A stretch of 64,000 nt of DNA from Macrostomum hystrix (Eukaryota; Animalia; Platyhelminthes), in NCBI GenBank assembly GCA_950097015.1, contig CATNEN010000029.1:7192001-7256000 (forward strand), given 5' to 3'. Within the stretch, counting starts at the first letter, position 1; every line of letters begins with the position of its first letter. This document shows positions 45,201-54,724 of this stretch, piece by piece. The notes below the pieces were generated by a model. It was not told where the DNA came from and searched no databases. It was given only the letters and a program-made list of their open reading frames with translations. The translations under genes and the position numbers were made by a program.

Positions 45201-48200
45201 TCCGTCAGATTCCGCTCTCAATCTTCTCTCATCAGATTCCGCTCCCAATCTTCCTCGTCAGATTCCGCTCCCAGTCTTCCTCGTCAGATTCCGCTCCCAA
45301 TCTTCCTCGTCAGATTCCGCTCCCAGTCTTCTCCGTCAGATTCCGCTCTCAATCTTCTCTCATCAGATTCCGCTCCCAGTCTTCCTCGTCAGATTCCGCT
45401 CTAAATCTTCTCAGTCCAATTCCGCGATAAATCTTCTCCGTCCAATTCCGCTCTCAATCTTCCCCGTCAGATTCCGCTCTAAATCTTCCTCGTCAGATTC
45501 CGCTCTCAGTCTTCCTCGTCAGATTCCGCTCTAAATCTTCTCCGTCCAATTCCGCTCTAAATCTTCTCCATCATATTCCGCTCTAAATCTTCCTCGTCAG
45601 ATTCCGCTCTCAGTCTTCCTCGTCAGATTCCGCTCTAAATCTTCCTCGTCAGATTCCGCTCTCAATCTTCACCGTCAGATTCCGCTCCCAGTCTTCCTCG
45701 TCAGATTCCGCTCTAAATCTTCTCAGTCCAATTCCGCTATAAATCTTCTCCGTCAGATTCCGCTCCCAATCTTCTCAGTCCAATTCCGCGATAAATCTTC
45801 TCCGTCAGATTCCGCTCTCAATCTTTCCCATCAGATTCCGCTCCAATCTTCCTCGTCAGATTCCGCTCTCAATTTTTCCCATCAGATTCCGCTCCAATCT
45901 TCCTCGTCATATTCCGCTCTAAATCTTCTCCATCAGATTCCGCTTTCAATCTTCCCCGTCAGATTCCGCTCTTAATCTTCTCCGTCCAATTCCGCGCTCA
46001 GTCTTCCCCGTCAGATACCGCTATAAATCTTCTCCGTCAGATTCCGCTATAAATCTTCTCCCTCAGATTCCGCTATAAATCTTCTCCGTCAGATTCCGCT
46101 CTCAATCTTCTCCGTCAGATTCCGCTCCCAATCTTCCCCGTCAGATTCCGCTATAAATCTTCTCCGTCAGATTCCGCTCTCAATCTTCTCCGTCAGATTC
46201 CGCTCCCAATCTTCCTCGTCAGATTCCGCTCTCAATCTTCTCCGTCAGATTCCGCTATAAATCTTCTCCGTCAGATTCCGCTCTCAATCTTCTCCGTCAG
46301 ATTCCGCTCCCAATCTTCCCCGTCAGATTCCGCTATAAATCTTCTCCGTCAGATTCCGCTCTTAATCTTCCCCGTCAGATTCCGCTCCCAATCTTCCCCG
46401 TCAGATTCCGCTCCCAATCTTCCCCGTCAGATTCCGCTCCCAATCTTCCCCGTCAGATTCCGCTCCCAATCTTCTCCGTCAGATTCCGCTCCCAATCTTC
46501 CCCGTCAGATTCCGCTATAAATCTTCTCCGTCAGATTCCGCTTTCAATCTTCTCCGTCAGATTCCGCTCCCAATCTTCCCCGTCAGATTCCGCTCCCAAT
46601 CTTCTCAGTCCAATTCCGCGATAAATCTTCTCCGTCAGATTCCGCTCTCAATCTTTCCCATCAGATTCCGCTCCAATCTTCCTCGTCAGATTCCGCTCTC
46701 AATTTTTCCCATCAGATTCCGCTCCAATCTTCCTCGTCATATTCCGCTCTAAATCTTCTCCATCAGATTCCGCTTTCAATCTTCCCCGTCAGATTCCGCT
46801 CTTAATCTTCTCCGTCCAATTCCGCTCTCAGTCTTCCCCGTCAGATTCCGCTATAAATCTTCTCCGTCAGATTCCGCTCTAAATCTTCTCCCTCAGATTC
46901 CGCTCTCAGTCTTCCCCGTCAGATTCCGCTCTCAATCTTCTCCGTCAGATTCCGCTATAAATCTTCTCCGTCAGATTCCGCTCTCAATCTTCTCCGTCAG
47001 ATTCCGCTCCCAATCTTCCCCGTCAGATTCCGCTATAAATCTTCTCCGTCAGATTCCGCTCTCAATCTTCTCCGTCAGATTCCGCTCCCAATCTTCCCCG
47101 TCAGATTCCGCTCTCAATCTTCTCCGTCCAATTCCGCTATAAATCTTCTCCGTCAGATTCCGCTCTCAATCTTTCCCATCAGATTCCGCTCCAATCTTCC
47201 TCGTCAGATTCCGCTCTCAATTTTTCCCATCAGATTCCGCTCCAGTCTTCCTCGTCATATTCCGCTCTAAATATTCTCCATCAGATTCCGCTTTCAATCT
47301 TCCCCGTCAGATTCCGCTCTTAATCTTCTCCGTCCAATTCCGCTCTCAGTCTTCCCCGTCAGATTCCGCTATAAATCTTCTCCGTCAGATTCCGCTCTAA
47401 ATCTTCTCCCTCAGATTCCGCTCTCAGTCTTCCCCGTCAGATTCCGCTCTCAATCTTCTCCGTCAGATTCCGCTATAAATCTTCTCCGTCAGATTCCGCT
47501 CTGAATCTTCTCCGTCAGATTCCGCTCCCAATCTTCCCCGTCAGATTCCGCTATAAATCTTCTCCGTCAGATTCCGCTATAAATCTTCTCCCTCAGATTC
47601 CGCTATAAATCTTCTCCGTCAGATTCCGCTCTCAATCTTCTCCGTCAGATTCCGCTCCCAATCTTCCCCGTCAGATTCCGCTATAAATCTTCTCCGTCAG
47701 ATTCCGCTCTCAATCTTCTCCGTCAGATTCCGCTCCCAATCTTCCTCGTCAGATTCCGCTCTCAATCTTCTCCGTCCAATTCCGCTATAAATCTTCTCCG
47801 TCAGATTCCGCTCTCAATCTTCTCCGTCAGATTCCGCTCCCAATCTTCCCCGTCAGATTCCGCTATAAATCTTCTCCGTCAGATTCCGCTCTTAATCTTC
47901 CCCGTCAGATTCCGCTCCCAATCTTCCCCGTCAGATTCCGCTCCCAATCTTCCCCGTCAGATTCCGCTCCCAATCTTCCCCGTCAGATTCCGCTCCCAAT
48001 CTTCTCCGTCAGATTCCGCTCCCAATCTTCCCCGTCAGATTCCGCTATAAATCTTCTCCGTCAGATTCCGCTTTCAATCTTCTCCGTCAGATTCCGCTCC
48101 CAATCTTCCCCGTCAGATTCCGCTCCCAATCTTCTCAGTCCAATTCCGCGATAAATCTTCTCCGTCAGATTCCGCTCTCAATCTTTCCCATCAGATTCCG

Positions 48201-50512
48201 CTCCAATCTTCCTCGTCAGATTCCGCTCTCAATTTTTCCCATCAGATTCCGCTCCAATCTTCCTCGTCATATTCCGCTCTAAATCTTCTCCATCAGATTC
48301 CGCTTTCAATCTTCCCCGTCAGATTCCGCTCTTAATCTTCTCCGTCCAATTCCGCTCTCAGTCTTCCCCGTCAGATTCCGCTATAAATCTTCTCCGTCAG
48401 ATTCCGCTCTAAATCTTCTCCCTCAGATTCCGCTCTCAGTCTTCCCCGTCAGATTCCGCTCTCAATCTTCTCCGTCAGATTCCGCTATAAATCTTCTCCG
48501 TCAGATTCCGCTCTCAATCTTCTCCGTCAGATTCCGCTCCCAATCTTCCCCGTCAGATTCCGCTATAAATCTTCTCCGTCAGATTCCGCTCTCAATCTTC
48601 TCCGTCAGATTCCGCTCCCAATCTTCCCCGTCAGATTCCGCTCTCAATCTTCTCCGTCCAATTCCGCTATAAATCTTCTCCGTCAGATTCCGCTCTCAAT
48701 CTTTCCCATCAGATTCCGCTCCAATCTTCCTCGTCAGATTCCGCTCTCAATTTTTCCCATCAGATTCCGCTCCAGTCTTCCTCGTCATATTCCGCTCTAA
48801 ATATTCTCCATCAGATTCCGCTTTCAATCTTCCCCGTCAGATTCCGCTCTTAATCTTCTCCGTCCAATTCCGCTCTCAGTCTTCCCCGTCAGATTCCGCT
48901 ATAAATCTTCTCCGTCAGATTCCGCTCTAAATCTTCTCCCTCAGATTCCGCTCTCAGTCTTCCCCGTCAGATTCCGCTCTCAATCTTCTCCGTCAGATTC
49001 CGCTATAAATCTTCTCCGTCAGATTCCGCTCTGAATCTTCTCCGTCAGATTCCGCTCCCAATCTTCCCCGTCAGATTCCGCTATAAATCTTCTCCGTCAG
49101 ATTCCGCTCTCAATCTTCTCCGTCAGATTCCGCTCCCAATCTTCCCCGTCAGATTCCGCTCTCAATCTTCTCCGTCCAATTCCGCTATAAATCTTCTCCG
49201 TCAGATTCCGCTCTCAATCTTCTCCGTCAGATTCCGCTCCCAATCTTCCCCGTCAGATTCCGCTATAAATCTTCTCCGTCAGATTCCGCTCTTAATCTTC
49301 CCCGTCAGATTCCGCTCCCAATCTTCCCCGTCAGATTCCGCTCCCAATCTTCCCCGTCAGATTCCGCTCCCAATCTTCCCCGTCAGATTCCGCTCCCAAT
49401 CTTCTCCGTCAGATTCCGCTCCCAATCTTCCCCGTCAGATTCCGCTATAAATCTTCTCCGTCAGATTCCGCTTTCAATCTTCTCCGTCAGATTCCGCTCC
49501 CAATCTTCCCCGTCAGATTCCGCTCTCAATCTTCTCCGTCCAATTCCGCTATAAATCTTCTCCGTCAGATTCCGCTCTCAATCTTCTCCGTCAGATTCCG
49601 CTCTCAGTCTTCCCCGTCAGATTCCGCTATAAATCTTCTCCGTCAGATTCCGCTCTAAATCTTCTCCCTCAGATTCCGCTCTCAATCTTCACCGTCAGAT
49701 TCCGCTCCCAGTCTTCCCCATCAGATTCCGCTCTTAATCTTCTCCGTCCAATTCCGCTCTCAGTCTTCCCCGTCAGATTCCGCTCTCAATCTTCTCCGTC
49801 AGATTCCGCTCTCAATCTTCACCGTCAGATTCCGCTCTCAATCTTCACCGTCAGATTCCGCTCTAAATCTTCTCCCACAGATTCCGCTCTCAGTCTTCCC
49901 CGTCAGATTCCGCTCTCTATCTTCACCGTCAGATTCCGCTCCCAGTCTTCCCCATCAGAATCCACTTATTAATCGCTTCCATTTGAGCTCCTGCCGCCCC
50001 CGTCCCAGCTGGCCTCACAGACGCTGCAGCAGAGCTCAGACGCTCGCATGTCGCCGATTTTGGGCCTGCTTCACGGCCGTCGGGCTACCGGCGCTTCAGC
50101 TTCAGCCTCGGCTTCGGCTGCCGAGGAAGACAGCGGCGGCGACGATGCGCAGCCGACGCAACCGGCGATTTCACAGGAGTCGCCGCTGCCAGTGTATCCG
50201 ATGAGTGCGCACGTGCCCTGCCTCGGCCGCAGCCTTCAAACCTGTCGACACCGGCGACGCCTTCGTCAGAGCGGCAGCCTGCCCCGCCTCGGCGACGATG
50301 CGAACATTCAAGCCTCGTTGACAACTAGCCGACATCAACGACGTCAGCGTCTGCTGCTGCGGCATCTGAGGCTTCAGGCTAAAAAGATCCGGGCGAGACT
50401 GCCGCGTGTCAAGGATGTCAACAAGATTGACAAGTACTCGCGCCTCGCCTTCCCCTCGCTGTTCGTCCTGTTCAACCTGTGTTACTGGTGCTTCTACCTG
50501 CTTACCGGATAG
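32584..50512 (+). CDS. Lcch3: GABA-gated Cys-loop channel beta/LCCH3-like subunit, ~513 aa, join(32584..32728,38083..38150,39953..40179,40683..40765,41278..41415,41812..41964,42818..43041,50009..50512)
   Basis: Signal peptide, [45 protein letters not shown], Cys-loop [16 protein letters not shown]2 region [25 protein letters not shown], and M4 DKYSRLAFP. Exon sizes 68/83/138/153 match GABA-A beta genes. All phases are consistent. Confidence 0.95.
32762..33162. repeat. 22-bp minisatellite (ATTCTCACTCCTATTCACTGGG)n, LCCH3 intron 1
   Basis: Tandem units begin ~35 bp after the donor. Confidence 0.9.
33666..34975. repeat. ~24-bp minisatellite (ACTAATTCCCCCCAGCAGCAGAGA)n, LCCH3 intron 1
   Basis: Over 50 units with variable C-run length. 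Confidence 0.95.
34990..35755. repeat. 21-bp AT-rich minisatellite (AAACACATTTAGAAAACTGTT)n, LCCH3 intron 1
   Basis: Degenerate tandem units directly abutting the 24-mer array. Confidence 0.9.
36648..36772 (+). mobile_element. Internally deleted SINE-A copy
   Basis: TGTAGCCCAGTGG (A box), GAGTTCAAAT (B box), a CORE remnant, and CCCAGTCCACGGACTGAACAGCTGTACACAGCC shared with family A. Confidence 0.7.
37237..38067. repeat. 43/44-bp minisatellite (CAGTTCTTCAGTCACTCAGTTGTCTCAGCCCACCCCATCCTCCC)n, end of LCCH3 intron 1
   Basis: About 19 units, ending ~15 bp before the exon 2 acceptor. Confidence 0.95.
38189..38437 (+). repeat. 31-bp minisatellite (CCCCAGCTCATTCAGTACAGNCCAGTCCCTA)n, forward arm
   Basis: About 8 units. 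The reverse-complement array lies at 39153-39501. Confidence 0.95.
39153..39501 (-). repeat. Same 31-bp minisatellite, inverted arm
   Basis: About 11 units of TAGGGACTGGNCTGTACTGAATGAGCTGGGG. Confidence 0.95.
39580..39890 (-). mobile_element. SINE family B copy in LCCH3 intron 2
   Basis: The reverse complement aligns with 4507-4873 over the tRNA head, the middle GTGCAATTTACGCC.TTGAGGGCCAACC, and the 3' GAAATGGGCAGAATTGCCTC.TCGCTGGCTGCGGGTCTAGTGTCAC. Confidence 0.85.
40233..40590. repeat. 17-bp minisatellite (AATCTCACCCTCTCTCT)n, LCCH3 intron 3
   Basis: About 20 units. Confidence 0.92.
40913..41215. repeat. 28-bp minisatellite (GATTCCCATAGAATCCTATGAATGACGG)n, LCCH3 intron 4
   Basis: About 10 units. 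Decayed relatives occur in intron 6 (~42110-42570). Confidence 0.9.
43057..49960. repeat. 6.9-kb 26-bp satellite (TCAGATTCCGCTCTCAATCTTCTCCG)n filling LCCH3 intron 7
   Basis: About 265 units between the donor at 43042 and the acceptor at 50008. Higher-order blocks are visible. Confidence 0.97.
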
Positions 50513-52356
50513 CTGCCGCGGTCGCCAAGGGGCTGATGTTTACATGAGAGTCGGTTTGCTTGAATCCGCTTCTTTTGCTTTTCGCTACTTCGATACGCGT
50601 GTTGATTTTCTACTAGGTGAAAATCTTCAATCTCACCTCAATCTCAATCTAATACAATCTCAGTGCAATATTGCTTCCTTGTGCTGAGATTCGAACTCAT
50701 GGCCTTCAGAATCATCGCTAGATTAGGGATCATTAGTTGATTAGGGATGATTGCTTCATTTAGGATCATTGCTAGATTTGGGATCATTGCTAGATTCCTA
50801 ATCATTCTTTGTATTAAGAGAAATTTTAAATGGATGCATGTAGCCTAATATGGAAAACTTAGTGTTAGTAAAGATCAGATATTTTAGTAGCTCCTGTCTA
50901 TCATGTCGCAAAAAAACATTTTTAGTATCTATTTAGGCATTTGGTATGAAATTAACTTGACGAAAAAATCTTTGCAATTATTGCGACCTGTCTATCCAAC
51001 TTTTTTCAAACAAACTATTTTTAAGTAATAGCAGAAAAACAAGAAAGAACTATTAATTGATTTCCATAACTCTACCTCTACCTAAGAGCTACCTCTACTT
51101 TTGTAAGTAAAATTCTCCATTTGTTAGCCACAAGCTTTCCGTTACATATCCAATAAATAAGCGAATAAAAAGCTGCGTTTCCTACTGGTATTCAGTAGGG
51201 TGAAGCGGATGGTTTTACGAATATAAAAATGTAGAAAGTCCGGCATTTAACGGATGAGTTCTCTCATTTTAATTTGTTTTTAATAAATATAAGTCAAAGC
51301 ATTCGACGATTTTAGAACATTTTTTAACGATAGCCGGGCTTCTGTTTATATTGTGATTTGGATTATAAAAAAATGGGCAAATGGCGCAGGAAAAAACATA
51401 AAATTTTAGTGAATTTTACGGGATTTGAGAAACGAACAAGCAATGTACATTTATGGTCTAAATTTAGCTGAATAGTGGTTACTTTAATTAATGAATAAGT
51501 ATAAAAGGAAGCATGTAAAACTATATCGAAATATGTACAAATGCATACCATGCCATCAAGAGGCGCATAAAAAATTTACGTGCATCAAGGATGGTAAAAT
51601 AAGTAACACAAATATTGAACGTACAATCAGGTAAACATCGAGCTGCTGCAAAAACATTCGTTGCTAATAACACGCGCTGACTAATACACTTTTTAGAAAG
51701 AAACAGAAAAAAAGTATTTGTTTATCGTTGCTAAACAAATGGCATAAGGAATTGTGCACTATAGGATACTTATTTACAGTGTTAAATAGAAAAGCTTTTA
51801 ACTAGCTATATGAATGAAAAAGCTGCCCTGTCAGTTAAATAAAAAAGAAATAAATTGATAAATTTCTTAGTAGTTAGTTTATTGCATAATATATTATAGG
51901 TATATACACATAACAATGAAACTGTTCGGTTTCTGTTTCAAAGAAACCATTATACATAACATTTATTTTAACTATCGATAAATTTTTTTTAATCGATCTA
52001 TTTTATTGAGCTGGGGTTAATACGGGAATTTTTTATTTAAAGCCAGACCGATTTAAATTCTGTAGATTAAATTTATTCCAAAAAGAACATAAATAGTAAA
52101 ATAGTTCAGTCAAATAAAAGATCTGCATAACAGAGCAAAGTTTCTATATTTACACGATAAATTAGTGCAAATTTAGTGTAGGACGCGGCAAAAAATGTTA
52201 ATCTACACGATTAAAATAATTGCAAAAAAGCAATGAAGAAAATTTTAAAGTGGGCAAAAAAGTTGACATCACTTATTTAACTCCGGCTACAATCTCAGTT
52301 CTAGCTCTCTAACAAAGAGATGAAAAATCTTCCCTTGCAACTCACCAAATCATTAG

Positions 52357-54480
52357 TCATTCACGGCCGAATTCGAACTTCGGACTGGCGATGCCGCTGT
52401 CGTTGGACGAGGCCGGATTCGATGCGACTGCGCCGGCTGTGGAGGCAGCAGCGGCTGACCCGACAGCTGCGCCACCGCTGTAGTAAAAGAAGTACTCAGG
52501 ATTGGCGACAGCTCCCGGGCTGCCAGCGGATGGTAGAAGCGATGGCGGCAGAGGCGGCTTAGGCGGCAGTGGAGACGACGGCGTCAAGAGCGGACGCGCT
52601 GTAGGCGACCTTCTGGGCGGCAAAGGCAGGGTATTCTGTCGGCAGCCGGAGGAGCGGCAAAGCGGCTGCAGGTAATAGTCAGAGCTGCTGGGGCCTGGCT
52701 GGCACGGGTCCAATGTGTACTGGTTCTGCGGATTGCTGTTTAGCGGAGGAGGCGGGCCAGCAGCTCTTCGTCTGCCTCCCGCGGTGACGCTGAAACTGCG
52801 CTGCTGCGGCTTTATGAGCGACGGAGGCGGCGGCGGAGGCGCCGAAGGGGAGAGAGGCTGCTGCTGACATTTCTGCTGCTGTTGCTGTCGATTCGGTGGC
52901 GATAACAGCGGTTGAGAAGGCAGCGGCAGTCGCCGACACGTAGTGGAAGCTGCCAGAGTCGATTGGTCGACGAAAACGTCATTGTCTATGTCACTGATCT
53001 CACCGACGGCTCCATCATCCATGGCAACGTAAGCGTCGTCTAGTTCGTCGAAGCTCTGTCTGTTGTTGTTGCTGTGCCTTGGTGACTTAGGAACAACGCT
53101 GCTAACGCCGCCACCGGAGCCTCCGCGGCTGTTGGCACTGCTGCAGTGCGACGGGTGCCTGGCGCCGCGATTGAACACGAAGCGCTCTGGCTGACCGCAC
53201 ATCCGGGTAATATTGGCCTCCAATTCGTCAAACGTCGGTCGCTGATGCTCGTCCAGCATCCAGCACTTGATCATCAGCATGTAGACGTCGAGCATGCACA
53301 CTGGCGGCTGTGGAAGTCGCTCCCCTTTTTCCAGGTAGTCTGCCAAGTCCTGCGGACGCACATTGGCATACGGCGGCTCTCCGAAGGTGAAAATTTCCCA
53401 CAGGGTGACGCCGTAGGACCACACGTCCGACTTGTGTGTGAAGCGCCGGCTAACTAGAGATTCCAGGGCTAACCATTTGACAGGCAGCTTGCCACCCGAT
53501 GCCTGGTACTCCTGGCAAGCGGTGTCAAGCGCTTTGGCTAGCCCAAAGTCAGTGATCCGAACGCAGCGTGACGATGAGACAAGGACATTTCGGCAGGCCA
53601 GGTCTCGATGGATTATGTTGCAGCGCTCGAGGTGGGCCATGCCGCTGGCGATTTGAGCCGCGTAGCGCAGCATCTGGCCGCCACTGACCTGGCCTGGCTC
53701 GCGCCTGGCCCGCAGGAAATCGCGGAGGTTGCCCAGAGGCATGAACTGAGTGACCAGCTGCAGCGGCTGCGTCATGCAGATGCCTACCAGGCGCACGCAA
53801 TGCGGGTGGTCCACCGATGCCATGATTCGACTTTCTTCCAAAAGCTCGCTCGACAAGCCATGGTCGCCAGAGTCGGCCAGGATCTTGATGGCTACGGTAG
53901 TTTTCCGTCCGTCGCCGTCGGCTGGTGTCCACTCGCCTTTGAAGACGGTGCCGAAAGCGCCTGAGCCGACCTCAGGGCCCTTGACCAGCTCATTCTCGGA
54001 AATAGTCGCTAAATAGGCGCGGTTGAGAATGGGCTCCAGCTCTTCCTTTTCCTCTTCGTCCGACTTATCAGAGCGGCGCCGGCGCAGGCAGCAACAGACC
54101 ACCACAAATAGGCCCGTCAGCATGACTGCAAAGCCGCCGGCTGCTATTAGGGCGGCAATCAGTGGAAGCCCTGTGGAGCGAATGCACACGAGGCCGCGCT
54201 TGCTAGCTATCGGGTTTGGCCTCTCTTTGGGGCACGCGTCTGCGCAGGACACAGTTGCATTTTCGTCGTAGCTCACTGCTACGACGCCGGGCTCATTAGG
54301 CACTGCGTACTTTGATGCGATGCAACTCAAGCAGTCGCTATCACCCGGTCCCGAGCAGGCACTGCAGCTTGGCCGGCAGGGACGGCACGTCTGGTTGCTG
54401 TGGTCCGGATAGTAGCCGTCTCTGCACCGTGGCTCGCTCCGAGTTTCACACCTGATATCGCCTGTCGATCTCGGTTTCAA
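52357..54480 (-). CDS. EGFR: EGFR C-terminal half: last furin-like repeat, TM helix, tyrosine kinase, C-tail (707 codons)
   Basis: GSGAFGTVFKG, VAIK, HRDLACRN, DFG, KLPVKWLALES and HKSDVWSYGVTLWE. TM segment LIAALIAAGGFAVMLTGLFVVV. Tail NPEY motif. Confidence 0.93.
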   Translation of the reverse strand: MKPRSTGDIRCETRSEPRCRDGYYPDHSNQTCRPCRPSCSACSGPGDSDCLSCIASKYAVPNEPGVVAVSYDENATVSCADACPKERPNPIASKRGLVCIRSTGLPLIAALIAAGGFAVMLTGLFVVVCCCLRRRRSDKSDEEEKEELEPILNRAYLATISENELVKGPEVGSGAFGTVFKGEWTPADGDGRKTTVAIKILADSGDHGLSSELLEESRIMASVDHPHCVRLVGICMTQPLQLVTQFMPLGNLRDFLRARREPGQVSGGQMLRYAAQIASGMAHLERCNIIHRDLACRNVLVSSSRCVRITDFGLAKALDTACQEYQASGGKLPVKWLALESLVSRRFTHKSDVWSYGVTLWEIFTFGEPPYANVRPQDLADYLEKGERLPQPPVCMLDVYMLMIKCWMLDEHQRPTFDELEANITRMCGQPERFVFNRGARHPSHCSSANSRGGSGGGVSSVVPKSPRHSNNNRQSFDELDDAYVAMDDGAVGEISDIDNDVFVDQSTLAASTTCRRLPLPSQPLLSPPNRQQQQQKCQQQPLSPSAPPPPPPSLIKPQQRSFSVTAGGRRRAAGPPPPLNSNPQNQYTLDPCQPGPSSSDYYLQPLCRSSGCRQNTLPLPPRRSPTARPLLTPSSPLPPKPPLPPSLLPSAGSPGAVANPEYFFYYSGGAAVGSAAAASTAGAVASNPASSNDSGIASPKFEFGRE

Positions 54481-54724
54481 CTGAGTAGTGCTGACAAGAA
54501 GTGCACTTGGTGTCCGTGTCTTTGCACGTCAGACAGTGTGGAGCGCACTTCATGCAGGTGGTAACGGAATGATGCACCGTTTGTTTTAGAGTCAGAAATT
54601 CGGTAAAGTTGTTTAGCTGATCATTCTCGTGGTGCAATAAGGACACATAGTGGTTAGCTGAACAATCAGACGGTAAAAGACACTTCAGTGTTGGAGTTGG
54701 ATCTTCCTCTGATTCCGGACGTCA
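54481..54724 (-). other. Third-frame furin-like cysteine repeat bridging the two EGFR ORFs
   Basis: Open frame PESEEDPTPTLKCLLPSDCSANHY...CMKCAPHCLTCKDTDTKCTSCQHY is offset +1 from the upstream ORF, and the downstream ORF is offset +1 from it. Confidence 0.8.
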
